Shown here in pieces: positions 21,616 through 32,023 of a DNA stretch of 64,000 bases. Origin of the DNA: Gammaproteobacteria bacterium (GTDB lineage: Bacteria; Pseudomonadota; Gammaproteobacteria; Eutrophobiales; Eutrophobiaceae); NCBI GenBank assembly GCA_965205405.1, contig OZ242169.1, positions 2,697,552-2,761,551 on the forward strand, given 5' to 3'. Made by a program: the position numbers and the translations under genes. The stretch's first letter is position 1. The number at the start of each line of letters is the position of its first letter. Under the pieces are notes generated by a model that saw only the letters and a program-made list of their open reading frames with translations, made no database searches and was not told where the DNA came from.

Positions 21616-22359
21616 TCAATCTGCGGATTTGATGTATTCGTGTACGCGCAGGAGTTTCCTCTCTGTTCCCCGGCACACCAGCACCGAATCCTGTTCGTAC
21701 CAGTCGCCAAGTACGATGCGGCGCGCCGTTTGTCCGTTCAGGTCAAAATGGTGAAAGCCGGGCTTGTGGGTATGGCCGTGTATCAGTTCGGTAGTATTGT
21801 GCCTGGTCATGGCCGCTGCCACACTGGCCTGGTCGACGTCAATTATCTCCGGCGGCTTTCCCGCGGCCGATTTTTTTATCAGCGGTTGCATGCCGCGGGA
21901 TAACAAAATGCGTAACCGGTAGGGCAGGCTTAGATACAAGCGGCGAATAAACGGAGCATCCATGAACTTTCGATATAACTGGTATTTCCTATCCCTGGTA
22001 CAAAGCAGGTCGCCGTGCATGATCAAAGTCGCCTGACCGCCGATATCGATGACGGTCTCGTCATCCAGCAGCGTGCATCCCGTCAGCGCACAGGTTCCGT
22101 GATCGAGCATCAGGTCGCGGTTGCCCCGCATCAGGTAAACATGCTTGTTGTGACGACAACAGTCCCGTAAGACGTTGATTACCTCTTCAGCCGGAGGAGT
22201 ACTTTCGTCGTTACCTACCCAAAAGTTTTCGAACAGGTCGCCAAGTATGTACACTGCATCCGCGCTGCGCGCCGGGCCGTTGCAGAATTGCCTGAATAAC
22301 TCGATCTTTTCAGGCCTTTCAGTTGATAAGTGCAGGTCAGAAACAAATAACGTGTCCAT
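21616..22359 (-). CDS. lpxH: UDP-2,3-diacylglucosamine hydrolase
   Basis: SDLHL, LGDLFE, GNRD, HGDLLCT, IHGHTH, VLGDW. Confidence 0.95.
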   Translation of the reverse strand: MDTLFVSDLHLSTERPEKIELFRQFCNGPARSADAVYILGDLFENFWVGNDESTPPAEEVINVLRDCCRHNKHVYLMRGNRDLMLDHGTCALTGCTLLDDETVIDIGGQATLIMHGDLLCTRDRKYQLYRKFMDAPFIRRLYLSLPYRLRILLSRGMQPLIKKSAAGKPPEIIDVDQASVAAAMTRHNTTELIHGHTHKPGFHHFDLNGQTARRIVLGDWYEQDSVLVCRGTERKLLRVHEYIKSAD

Positions 22360-22416
22360 AGATCGCTTTCTTTTGATACCATGCCCGTTTTATTTTTAGC
22401 AATAGTTCATCTTTCA

Positions 22417-23799
22417 ATGCTGAATATATATAACTCATTAACGCGACAAAAGGAAAAGTTCCAACCTATCGAACCCGGCAAGGTGCGCATGTACGTCTGC
22501 GGCATCACGGTATACGATTATTGCCATATTGGCCATGCACGCATGATCCTAGTCTTCGATATGGTCGTCCGGTATTTTCGATTTCGCGGTTATGAGGTGA
22601 ACTACATACGCAATATAACCGACATAGACGACAAGATCATCAACCGGTCACTGGCAAACGGTGAACCGTTCTATGAATTGACCGAACGTTTTATCCAGGC
22701 AATGAATGAGGATTTTGCTGCGCTCAATGTGCTCATTCCCGACCGGGAGCCCAGGGCAACAGAGCATATTGAGCAGATCATTACCATGATAAGCCGATTA
22801 CTGGAGAACGGTTTTGCCTACCAGGCGGATAATGGCGACGTGTTTTATCACGTCAGCGCTTTCAAGGGCTACGGCAAGTTGTCCGGCAAGAATATCGAGG
22901 AGTTGCGTGCGGGAATACGTGTGGACGTACAGGACGTGAAGGCGGACCCGGTCGATTTCGTTTTGTGGAAGATGGAAAAGCCCGGTGAGCCGGCCTGGGA
23001 TTCTCCCTGGGGCAGGGGGCGACCCGGCTGGCATATCGAGTGTTCGGCCATGTCGACCCATTGCCTGGGCCCGGATTTTGACATTCACGGCGGTGGTCAG
23101 GACTTGCAATTTCCACATCATGAAAATGAAATTGCCCAGAGCTGCGGCGCCGGCAGCAAGACCTTCGTGAACCTGTGGATGCACAACGGGTTCGTGCGGG
23201 TTGATGACGAAAAAATGTCGAAATCATTGGGAAATTTTTTCACTGTCAAGGAAGTTATGGCGCGCTACCTGCCCGAGGTGATCCGTTTTTTCATACTCTC
23301 CAGCCATTATCGAAGCCCGTTGAATTATTCCAATGCACACCTTGACGAGGCCAGGGCCGGCCTGACCCGGCTGTATACGTCCATCCGTGACCTCGACCCC
23401 GGGGAGGGGGAGATAGCGGCTGACTACAGGCAGCGTTTTGAACAGGTCATGGACGATGATTTCAACACCCGTGAGGCGGTAACGGTGTTACATGAGGTCG
23501 CCGGTGAAATCAACCGCCTGGATGATAAGTCATCAGAGCATGCCGCCTGTCTTGCCAGGACCTTGATACGCCTTGGCGACGTATTGGGTATCATGCAGAT
23601 GCCGCCCGCTGAGTTCCTTCACGCTACAACCGGAAATGCAGGTATCACAACGGAACAAATCACACAGCTGATCGAAAAAAGGGCGCAGGCGAAGACGGAA
23701 AAGAACTACGCCGCAGCAGATCAGATCCGCACCCAACTGTTCGAGCAAGGCATAATACTGGAGGATAGCCCCGGCGGTACCATCTGGCGCAGGAAGTAA
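22417..23799 (+). CDS. cysS: Cysteine-tRNA ligase
   Basis: [31 protein letters not shown]. Confidence 0.97.
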   Translation: MLNIYNSLTRQKEKFQPIEPGKVRMYVCGITVYDYCHIGHARMILVFDMVVRYFRFRGYEVNYIRNITDIDDKIINRSLANGEPFYELTERFIQAMNEDFAALNVLIPDREPRATEHIEQIITMISRLLENGFAYQADNGDVFYHVSAFKGYGKLSGKNIEELRAGIRVDVQDVKADPVDFVLWKMEKPGEPAWDSPWGRGRPGWHIECSAMSTHCLGPDFDIHGGGQDLQFPHHENEIAQSCGAGSKTFVNLWMHNGFVRVDDEKMSKSLGNFFTVKEVMARYLPEVIRFFILSSHYRSPLNYSNAHLDEARAGLTRLYTSIRDLDPGEGEIAADYRQRFEQVMDDDFNTREAVTVLHEVAGEINRLDDKSSEHAACLARTLIRLGDVLGIMQMPPAEFLHATTGNAGITTEQITQLIEKRAQAKTEKNYAAADQIRTQLFEQGIILEDSPGGTIWRRK

Positions 23800-23879
23800 C
23801 TTGGCCCCGGTGGTACTTCCTGGCGCAGGAAGTAACCCGGCCCCGGTGGTACTTCCCGGCGCAGGAAGTAACCCGGCCC
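23768..23879 (+). repeat. 36-bp-period triplication of the cysS 3' end
   Basis: GCCCCGG(C/T)GGTAC....(T/C)GGCGCAGGAAGTAAC at 23768, 23804 and 23840. Confidence 0.9.
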
Positions 23880-23918
23880 TGTCTGAATATCTGAGCTGAA
23901 GTCGGCAGACTCCACCGC

Positions 23919-23948
23919 CGTCATTCCGGGCTTGACCCGGAATCCAGT
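23919..23948. repeat. CGTC-type REP palindrome
   Basis: CGTCATTCCGGGCTTGACCCGGAATCCAGT. Confidence 0.75.
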
Positions 23949-24084
23949 AAACACATGCTTCCTTATAAACCAGTGGGTGAGTTTTTAACTTTCCAAATGG
24001 ACCCCCGCGTATGCAGGATTGGCGGTAGTGATATTCGCAAGCGGGTAACAACTTTGAGATGGTCCTGAGGACTAACACAATCGA

Positions 24085-24113
24085 TTGACGTATATATGAT
24101 CAAGACGTATCAT
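24085..24113 (+). promoter_or_regulatory. Sigma70 promoter of tRNA cluster
   Basis: TTGACG, 17-bp spacer, TATCAT, about 22 bp before tRNA-Pro. Confidence 0.65.
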
Positions 24114-24135
24114 GGCGTGTCACCCGGACGTGGAT

Positions 24136-24212
24136 CGGGGCATGGCGCAGTCTGGTAGCGCATCTGCTTTGGGAGCAGAGGGTCGGGGGTTCAAATCCCT
24201 CTGCCCCGACCA
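24136..24212 (+). tRNA. tRNA-Pro (UGG)
   Basis: CGGGGCA/TGCCCCG acceptor, TCTGC-TTTGGGA-GCAGA arm, CCA. Confidence 0.95.
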
Positions 24213-24279
24213 AATTCTGTTACGTCGAAAAGTATCTGACACCTCGACCTGGCAAGGATCATCATTTACATCCAGAGTT

Positions 24280-24356
24280 GCGCTCGTAGCTCAACCGGAT
24301 AGAGCATCGGCCTTCTAAGCCGAGGGTTAGAGGTTCGAGTCCTCTCGAGCGCGCCA
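24280..24356 (+). tRNA. tRNA-Arg (UCU)
   Basis: GCGCTCG/CGAGCGC acceptor, TCGGC-CTTCTAA-GCCGA arm, CCA. Confidence 0.95.
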
Positions 24357-24486
24357 ATTAGAGTGAATATTGTGTCGCCGCAATCCGCCCCGGCATGTCG
24401 TTAGACGAGAGCGATGTATTATTCACTGGATTACTGCCCCTGCTCAACAGCATACAGGGGTAAACTTACGCATGAATGGTAATTAT

Positions 24487-24563
24487 GGTGAGTGTAGCTC
24501 AGTCGGTAGAGCGCCGGATTGTGGTTCCGGTGGTCGTGGGTTCAATCCCCATCACTCACCCCA
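24487..24563 (+). tRNA. tRNA-His (GUG)
   Basis: G-1 GTGAGTG/CACTCAC acceptor, CCGGA-TTGTGGT-TCCGG arm, CCA. Confidence 0.95.
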
Positions 24564-24583
24564 AACTATCATCGTCACCAATA

Positions 24584-24659
24584 GGGCCGTTAGCTTAGCT
24601 GGTAGAGCAGGGGACTCTTAATCCCAAGGTCCAGGGTTCGAATCCCTGACGGCCCACCA
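24584..24659 (+). tRNA. tRNA-Lys (CUU)
   Basis: GGGCCGT/ACGGCCC acceptor, GGGA-CTCTTAA-TCCC arm, CCA. Confidence 0.93.
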
Positions 24660-24718
24660 AATACCTCTGTTGCACTTTTCTAGAGTATTGTGTCCCAGAA
24701 TTTCGTGAAATACTCGGA

Positions 24719-25018
24719 TTAAGCATGAACTATCTCGCGATCACGAGACGGAATCTTGTTTAACTCATTCCCTATTTTCTTTTGTGCAAGACGCAGTTCA
24801 TAGCTCTTTTGCAAATTCAGCCAGAATACAGCCGATGTGCCAAACCATTTGCCAAGGCGCAATGCAGTATCAGCAGTGACGTTTCTGCGGCCGGCAATAA
24901 TCTGTGTGATGCGATTAGTCGGTATTTTAAGTTGACGCGCCAACTCTGCTGCGCTGATACCAATCTCGTCTAATTCTTCTCCTAATATAGTGCCCGGATG
25001 TATTGGAGTTCTACTCAT
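24719..25018 (-). CDS. higA: HigA antitoxin
   Basis: PIHPGTIL, ITQIIAGRRNVTADTALRLG, FWLNLQ. Confidence 0.92.
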   Translation of the reverse strand: MSRTPIHPGTILGEELDEIGISAAELARQLKIPTNRITQIIAGRRNVTADTALRLGKWFGTSAVFWLNLQKSYELRLAQKKIGNELNKIPSRDREIVHA

Positions 25019-25034
25019 AAGTGCTTACTTATCA

Positions 25035-25313
25035 TCAGTGGTAATCGGTTATCTCAACATTTTCAGGCCCATTCTGGGACCATTCAAAACAAATTCGCCA
25101 TTGTCTGTTGATGCGGATACTGTACTGGTCCAGCCTGTCACCAGTTAATGCTTCAAATCTGTTGCTTGGTAATACAGTAAGATCATTCAAACTATCCGCT
25201 GCATCGAGGATTTCAAGTCTCTTCTCTGCCTGCTTTTTAAATCCCTGAAAGGCCTTTACACGTTCACCTTCGGCAAAGGTTCGCGTCCTTTTATCGCGAT
25301 AGCTTTTAATCAT
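25035..25313 (-). CDS. higB: HigB toxin
   Basis: PSNRFEALTGDR...YSIRINRQWRICFEW...VEITDYH. Confidence 0.92.
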   Translation of the reverse strand: MIKSYRDKRTRTFAEGERVKAFQGFKKQAEKRLEILDAADSLNDLTVLPSNRFEALTGDRLDQYSIRINRQWRICFEWSQNGPENVEITDYH

Positions 25314-25769
25314 CTTTTTATTACTATACTAAAGATACGTGATACGTCAAGCATAATGCCCGCACTTCCCGCAGTATAGCAGTATAGGGTCAGACCAGCC
25401 CAGCCTGACAGAACCTACTGAATAATAAAGGGAAACTGTCATAAAAGACGTGCTATCCCAGGCTTAAACTGCGATTTTCATACGCCAAAACAGGATTTTA
25501 AGGAGGAAGTATCAGACGCTGCACAAGCAGACTACAGTGAATCAGCAGAGAAATGCCATCAAACAGGCATGGGGATGTTACAATCTCGATTTTGCTAACA
25601 AAAAGGGGGTTTAAGGAGAAATAACAGGCATATATGGCACATAAACTGAACTGGAACAAATAGTTAGGCAGGTCCGACCCTATCCTGCCAAAATCCATTT
25701 TATGGATGTTAGCAACGGCCCGGCAATTTTTTATATCCGGGATTCACGCAAGTAAATGAGAGGTGTGTT

Positions 25770-27880
25770 ATGCAAGACGATATCATTGTTCATTACCTGA
25801 CAGATGGGTATTGGCAACAACAAGGAGACACGCGGCGCAAATTCGACGTGCAGCTAGGCGGAACATTAACCGCAAACATCACAGCATTGACACAGGAAGG
25901 TCAGCAACTTGCTACTTGGGCGCTGGAAGCATGGTCTGATGTCTCCGGTATTAACTTCAGTTTCATCACTACAGCGGATGCTGATATTACCTTTGATGAT
26001 GATGAGTCTGGGGCCTTTTCTACTTCCAGCGTCGTAGATGGCGTGATCAGCTCTTCCCATGTCAATGTGTCTACTACTTGGCTGGAAGACTCCGGGGTAG
26101 GGATAGACAGTTATTCATTCCAAGCATATATCCACGAAATTGGTCATGCCTTGGGGCTTGGTCATCCTGGTCCCTATAATGGTGATTTTCCTGAATTTCT
26201 AACAGAAACTGTCTCATTTCATGACTCTTGGCAAACATCTGTTATGTCGTATATAGACCAGTCCAAGAATTTATTTTCACCGGGCAGCTATGCGCATGTA
26301 GTAACACCCATGATTGCCGACATAATGGCGATCCATTCTCTCTACGGGGCGCCAACCGATGTAAACGCTGGCAATACACATACGGGTACAATTCCAATAC
26401 GGGTACTTACCTGGATGAGTACTTCAGTTTGTGGACAGGAGAAGGCAACCCGTTTGTCTCTATCAACCTAGATGATATCCGCCAGCCGACGTTCCTCCAT
26501 TACGACAGCGATGGCGATATTGATATGGTCACACTGAACCGTAGCAGGGACACGTTTTATGTATATGACAACACAGGGACATCCACTAGCCCGCTCTTTA
26601 GCTACAAGGAATCTTTCTATTGGGGGGATCCCATCCAGGATTACGCCTTCGTCGATTTGGATGGAGATAATGACCTAGATGGGATCGTTGCCGACAATAC
26701 CGGTATCTATTTACTGGAAAACTCTCCTACCAATCCTGCGCCGGTCCTTTTGACAGCAGGCGCTTATTCTGGAAAATTTGAGTTCGCAGACATGGATGGT
26801 GACAGCGACTTTGATTTCATCGCAACGCTGGGAAACCAGGTTTTCTATACTGAAAATATCGGTACAGCAAGTGTCCCGGACCTTGCGGAAACACTTACTG
26901 TTTTCACACTTACCCATAATGTGCATGACTTCAAAATCGCCGATATTGATGCCGATGGGGACCGTGATTTTGTTGCGGTGGATTTGGTGGGTGGTATCTA
27001 CCTATATGAAAACACTGGAACATCCAGCGTGCCGGTTTTTACAGGGGATTACTATTATTTCGGAAACCCACTTGACAGCGCGCGTTACGGCGATTTGCCA
27101 CTTACAATAGTCAGAGATTTAACTTTCGTCGATCTGGATAATGACAATGACCTGGATTTCATTTCAATCGACAATTACAACACCGTTCAATACTTTGAAA
27201 ACATTGGTACAGCCGCAGAATTTAATTATGTCCCCACCAGCTTTAATCGTTCCACCACCCTGACCATCTATGATACGGACGGCATTGATCTGTTGGATTT
27301 GAGAACGGACATCTACGATCAATGGATCGACTTGAACCCCGGTAGCGGTTCCAGCGTATACAATCTGGTTAACAACCTAATTATCGCCCATGATACGGTT
27401 ATTGAAAAAGTCATTGCCGGGCGCGGTAACGATATTGTTTTTGGCAATACGGCAAACAACGTAATAAATGGCTTTTATGGTGATGATCTGTTGTTTGGCA
27501 ACGACGGGAATGACACGCTGAATGGATCGGCAGGCAATGATTTGCTGAGAGGTGACAGGGGGAACGACCGATTAATAGGTGGCCTAGGTGCCGATATCAT
27601 AGTTGGTGGCCTGGGAAACGATACGTTTGTCTTTAGCCCGGATGACGGAGTGTACGATGATAGAATTGTCGATTTCCGTAACGGGGACAACACCATTGAT
27701 TTAAGCGCATTTGACACCATCGATTCGGTCGATGACTTTGGATACCTCTATTACGATGAGACGGAAGTTGACACCTATCTTGATTTAACCGAGCACGGAG
27801 GCGGTAAGATAATTCTGGCAGAATTCACAGACAGCATCACTGCGTCTGATATTATATTTTCAGACGATGTAATGGCGTAG
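25770..27880 (+). pseudogene. Serralysin-like M10 metalloprotease with FG-GAP/VCBS-like repeats and RTX repeats, 1-bp frameshift near 26378
   Basis: HEIGHALGLGHPG and SVMSY Met-turn in 25770-26471; DxDGDxDxD repeats and GGxGND nonapeptides in 26228-27880; frames join at GNT|TYGYNSN. Confidence 0.8.
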
Positions 27881-28194
27881 CAACCGGCGGAATGGAAAGC
27901 CGCAATCATTACTAAGAAAAGAGCCTGAAAATCCTCCTGTCGTAACGTAACGATAGCTGTACGGCGTTTTCCGGGGAAAGGTATATCAATACATGGATGA
28001 TCTGGGGGAATTGCTATAAGAGGCATTTACCCTACAGAAAACTCCTCAGTTAGCCTTATCATATCTAACTATGGGGGATATCATAAAATTACTAAAGATT
28101 ACGAGTTATTATTAGCTTCAAGGTCGTGCTATGCTTTTGGGCTGTAAACACCATCTTATAATAATCGTTGAATTCAAAATAAAAGGGGAACTCT

Positions 28195-29283
28195 ATGCTG
28201 CCTGAATATATGAAATTTTTACTGTTCACGCGTATTGTTGTATTCGGTTCACTTATCTACTGTGTTGTGTTAATCCAAGGTTGTGCACCAACCACAAACA
28301 TCGCTAGAGGCTCCGCTGAGGATATCTTAGCTGAACAGCGCCAGCAACAGGCTTTGTACTTGGATACTATTTGGAATAGACAGGCACGACTGGCTGATCT
28401 TGCGTGGCCACTAATGAAAAACGGCACAGAGTTATGTGGTAATGATGTAAAAATTCAATTTGGCATTCTTCCCATCGCCATAGAGACTATTCATAAAGAT
28501 TATCGGGACGTTGCAGAAGCTGAACACCAGATAAGTGATCGACCTAGCGTTCTTCATGTTATGCGTGACTCGCCCGCAATGTTAGCTGGAATACAAGCAG
28601 GTGACGAGTTTATCAGTGTAGCTGGTGACCCAGTAGATTCTGGTAAAAAGTCTTTAACCAGTCTCATGAAACAGCTTACTACGGCGTCAGAAGCAGGTAC
28701 ACCAGTAGTTTTTGAATTAGCCCGTGTAGGTGTAACTAAGTCATATACAGTTAGTCCTGTGCAGGCATGTAGCTATAACGTATTACTTTCATCTGACGAT
28801 ATTTTAAATGCATTTGCGGATGGCAATTCTGTATATATCACTCAAGGGATGATGCGTTTTGCTGAAAATGATGAAGAACTGCAATTAGTAATTGCCCATG
28901 AAATTGCCCATAATTCTGAAGGACACGTCGATAAAAGTTTGGGTAATAGATTATTAGGCGCACTTGTTGATCTTGCAGCCGCCGCCTATGGTGTTAATAC
29001 GCAAGCGGCCTTTTCTAAAATGGGGGCTAGTATATTCAGTCAAGAGTTCGAGCGTGAGGCGGATTATGTCGGTATGTATCTTATGGCTCGTGCAGGTGTC
29101 AGCACGAAAGGAGTCAGTAATTTCTGGCGACTGATGGCAGCAGAACACCCGCAAAATATCAAGGGAACATATTCTAGCACTCATCCAGCAACGGCAGAAC
29201 GATATACTAATATTGATGCTGCTCATGACGAGATTCAAGATAAACTATTGAAAAATTTTCCGTTGCTTCCTGAGAGGAAATAA
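28195..29283 (+). CDS. M48-family metallopeptidase with PDZ domain, probable lipoprotein
   Basis: LIQGC lipobox, SPAMLAGIQAGD PDZ, NAFA, HEIAH, EREAD, STHP. Confidence 0.85.
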   Translation: MLPEYMKFLLFTRIVVFGSLIYCVVLIQGCAPTTNIARGSAEDILAEQRQQQALYLDTIWNRQARLADLAWPLMKNGTELCGNDVKIQFGILPIAIETIHKDYRDVAEAEHQISDRPSVLHVMRDSPAMLAGIQAGDEFISVAGDPVDSGKKSLTSLMKQLTTASEAGTPVVFELARVGVTKSYTVSPVQACSYNVLLSSDDILNAFADGNSVYITQGMMRFAENDEELQLVIAHEIAHNSEGHVDKSLGNRLLGALVDLAAAAYGVNTQAAFSKMGASIFSQEFEREADYVGMYLMARAGVSTKGVSNFWRLMAAEHPQNIKGTYSSTHPATAERYTNIDAAHDEIQDKLLKNFPLLPERK

Positions 29284-29419
29284 GAGCAGGCAGATTGCCG
29301 CTATTTCCCGCTAACGTCCTGGCCGATTGTGGGATTGAATGTTGGATAGCCTGAAACACGCTTGTAAATACGTCAAGAGCACTTACGGACTGGATTAGAA
29401 TCCCTGACGGCCCACCATT

Positions 29420-29836
29420 TTATGCAACTCTTAATATACTCGATAAACCAGGGTCAATAGCGGTGAGTAATTCATCAAATTTTTCTATTGTAGGAATACT
29501 TTTTCCATTTTCATAACGCCCATAAGAATTGGGAGATGACTGGCCCAACCTGCTGGCGACATCTCTGATGCTAAGTCCATTATCAATCCTTTTTTGCCGG
29601 AGGATCATGGCGAGTATCGGCCCTATATTATTGGTAATAATAAAAAAATTATTGTTTTGAGCAGGTTCAATTATGACCTTGAACTCTTCAAGATTAACAA
29701 CGAGTTCAATGGCTTCTTTTGCCATATTACAGGCTTCTTTTTTAGTTCTTCCTTGAGTAAATATACCAATTTGAGGAATGTCAACTCCCCATATTTTTTC
29801 GCCTGCTTTTTTTTCCAGTTTTCCTTCAATCTTCAT
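29420..29836 (-). CDS. hicB: HicB-family antitoxin with C-terminal XRE HTH
   Basis: TQGRTKKEA..MAKEAI plus HTH YGRYENGKSIPT. Confidence 0.8.
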   Translation of the reverse strand: MKIEGKLEKKAGEKIWGVDIPQIGIFTQGRTKKEACNMAKEAIELVVNLEEFKVIIEPAQNNNFFIITNNIGPILAMILRQKRIDNGLSIRDVASRLGQSSPNSYGRYENGKSIPTIEKFDELLTAIDPGLSSILRVA

Positions 29837-30023
29837 CAGAACTACTCTCGATTATTTTTTTGACCTGGTTAATAATAGCTCTTGCCGTACCTTGCCTGAT
29901 TTCCCGGTGTCCGGGAATGGGAAATTTATAATCTCTTATACTCCATATTTCATGGTTCCTCCCTTCTCTTTCAAACTTGCATCCAAGCTTTCCAAGAGCT
30001 TTTTCTAAATCTTTTTTCTTCAT
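29826..30023 (-). CDS. hicA: HicA-family toxin
   Basis: MKKKDLEKAL..LGC.FEREG.NHEIW...PIPGHREI...TARAII. Confidence 0.85.
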   Translation of the reverse strand: MKKKDLEKALGKLGCKFEREGRNHEIWSIRDYKFPIPGHREIRQGTARAIINQVKKIIESSSDED

Positions 30024-30034
30024 AGGCTAGTGTA

Positions 30035-30046
30035 CACAATATTGTG
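30035..30046. promoter_or_regulatory. Putative hicAB operator
   Basis: Perfect palindrome CACAATATTGTG just upstream of hicA. Confidence 0.45.
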
Positions 30047-30119
30047 GTCAAAGTCACAAACATGATGCGGCTGACGCACATTCATTACTTATGCCATTTG
30101 TCGGAGTTTTGAGGACACA

Positions 30120-30167
30120 ATTATTTCGGGACACCCATAAAATATTTTATGGGTGTCCCGAAATAAT
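30120..30167. repeat. 48-bp perfect palindrome of the GGACACCCATAAA family
   Basis: ATTATTTCGGGACACCCATAAAAT/ATTTTATGGGTGTCCCGAAATAAT; same core as the 19.8-kb array. Confidence 0.9.
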
Positions 30168-30326
30168 CAAGAAATTATATCTCGAATTTATCCTTAATTT
30201 ATGGATGTCCCAAATTTGCCTTGTTTATTCAGTCCCAATCCACCTTTCCGACTGCGATTATTCACGATAACTACATTAAAATGCAATATGATCTGTCATT
30301 CTTTCCTTTTAATGCTTTTTGTAGTA

Positions 30327-30412
30327 GGGAAACAGGGGGGAAACAGGGGACAGGCCACGTTTTCTCTGAAGGCTAAAACGTGGTCTGTCCCCGTTTTTCT
30401 GTCCCCGTTTTT
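30327..30412. repeat. GGGGACAG(A/G)CCACG inverted-repeat element with duplicated ends
   Basis: IR 30346-30363/30375-30392; GGAAACAGGGG twice on the left, CTGTCCCCGTTTTT twice on the right; half copies at 41471, 41775 and 41809. Confidence 0.85.
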
Positions 30413-30514
30413 CGGGCAGGACAACACAGTATTCGTATCAATCAACAATGGCGGATATGTTTCCGCTGGAAAGACGATGGTCCCTATGACGTTGAGATAG
30501 TGGACTATCACTGA
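30413..30514 (+). pseudogene. higB: 3' remnant of higB toxin
   Basis: Translates [33 protein letters not shown]; 5' part missing at the repeat boundary. Confidence 0.85.
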
Positions 30515-30527
30515 TGAGGATGAAAAC

Positions 30528-30830
30528 ATGAGCAAGAATGGTATGCGGCCGGTACACCCTGGTGAGATTTTGCGTGAAGAGCTGGAGGAACTAGGCATGT
30601 CGGCTAAGGCAATCGCCTGTGAATTGGGTGTGCCTCAAAACCGTATTTCGGACATTTTGAGAGGACGACGGGGAATTACTGCCGACACAGCACTCCGGCT
30701 GGCTCGCTATCTCAATACCACCCCACAATTATGGCTGAACCTGCAAAAAGCCTATGAACTGCGGGTAGCTGAACTTGAAGCGGGAAGGGACATTGCCAAA
30801 CGAGTGAAACCAAGACAGGAGGCTGCTTAG
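30528..30830 (+). CDS. higA: HigA antitoxin
   Basis: MRPVHPGEILREEL, RGITADTALRLARY, WLNLQ. Confidence 0.92.
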   Translation: MSKNGMRPVHPGEILREELEELGMSAKAIACELGVPQNRISDILRGRRGITADTALRLARYLNTTPQLWLNLQKAYELRVAELEAGRDIAKRVKPRQEAA

Positions 30831-31128
30831 TTCTATGGCACACGAAACGCTTTTTGTGCCCAAACAATCTGGAAACAGGGGACAGACCCTGAGTTATCCC
30901 CACGAATTTCAAGAAAATAAGTCAAGCAAAACAAATCATTACGATCTATTTATACGCTCGGACCCCTGATACGGTCCGTATAGCCAATAATAAAACCCAT
31001 ACAGATGACGAAAATTGATTTAAACATATTCCGGTTAGTACAATAAAGATACTAGTTACAAGGTATTTCAATCCCAAAGAAAATATCCAGGGACTACCTT
31101 TCGTTTCGCCGCTGCGGCTTTTAAAATA

Positions 31129-31177
31129 ATAAAAACAGCAGGTTACAAATATAGATTATAATCCCTGATGCCCATCA
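31129..31177 (+). mobile_element. Degenerate third tRNA-Lys att repeat (end of a second tandem islet)
   Basis: TAAAAACAGCAGGTTA followed by AATCCCTGATG-CCCATCA versus AATCCCTGACGGCCCACCA. Confidence 0.6.
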
Positions 31178-31270
31178 AACCTCTTTCTGTCCCATAGGTT
31201 ACAGTTTCTGATTAAATGGATTTGGGGACTGCTTAATGCTGCCCCGACCACCAGTTGCCGTCGTTTTTAT

Positions 31271-32023
31271 TCAGTCACTATCCGCCTTGCCAATCACCTG
31301 AAACGATTTAAAAATATCAATGGGTATGGGGAAGGCAATGGTGGAGCTTTTTTCGCCGGCAATTTCGGTCAGGGTTTGCAGGTAGCGCAACTGCATGCTG
31401 TTACTGTTCTTACTGAGCACATTGGCGGCTTCAAGCAGCTTCTCGGAGGCCTGCATTTCACCTTCCGCATGAATGATCTTGGCCCGCCGTTCGCGTTCTG
31501 CTTCTGCCTGCTTGGCGATAGCCCGAATCATGCTTTCATCCAGGTCAACGTGTTTTATCTCCACGTTGGCCACTTTAATCCCCCAGGCATCAGTCTGCTT
31601 GTCCAGGTCCGACTGGATATCATTATTGAGCCTGTCCCGTTGTGCGAGCATGTCGTCCAGTTCATGTTTGCCAAGCACCGCGCGCAGGGTGGTCTGCGCC
31701 AGTTGGCTGGTGGCTTCCTGAAAGTTTTCCACCTGGATAATGGCGCGTTCCGGATCGATCACCCGGTAGTAGAGCACCGCGTTGACCTTGACTGAAACGT
31801 TATCTCTGGAAATAACGTCCTGGCTGGGCACATCCATGGCGATGGTGCGCAGTTCCACTCTTTCAATTTGTTGCACAAACGGAATGATGATGATTAGTCC
31901 CGGCCCTTTTACCGCTGTAAAGCGGCCGAATGTAAAGACCACTGCGCGTTCATATTCCCGCAGGATCTTGATGAACATCGGCAGCAGGATGGCAAGACCG
32001 ATGGTTATATATAGGTAAGTCAT
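31271..32023 (-). CDS. SPFH/stomatin-like (slipin) protein
   Basis: [40 protein letters not shown]. Confidence 0.92.
   Translation of the reverse strand: MTYLYITIGLAILLPMFIKILREYERAVVFTFGRFTAVKGPGLIIIIPFVQQIERVELRTIAMDVPSQDVISRDNVSVKVNAVLYYRVIDPERAIIQVENFQEATSQLAQTTLRAVLGKHELDDMLAQRDRLNNDIQSDLDKQTDAWGIKVANVEIKHVDLDESMIRAIAKQAEAERERRAKIIHAEGEMQASEKLLEAANVLSKNSNSMQLRYLQTLTEIAGEKSSTIAFPIPIDIFKSFQVIGKADSD

Larger units (their letters stand above)
24640..29417. mobile_element. Integrase-less genomic islet at tRNA-Lys
   Basis: 20-bp direct repeat GAATCCCTGACGGCCCACCA at 24640-24659 and 29398-29417; AT-richer cargo. Confidence 0.85.

Noticed and set aside
23768-23879. Possible mini-CRISPR (36-bp palindromic period)
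   Set aside because: Units are head-to-tail without spacers and derive from the cysS coding end.
23533-24078. 181-aa minus-strand ORF with repeats
   Set aside because: Antisense to cysS, its triplicated end and a REP; no recognisable protein features.
27881-28194. Possible gene remnant or regulatory RNA in islet spacers (also 25314-25769)
   Set aside because: No recognisable motif, ORF similarity or strong structure by eye.
30201-30598. ORFs 30201-30500 (+) and 30296-30598 (-)
   Set aside because: Shadow frames across repeats and the higB remnant.
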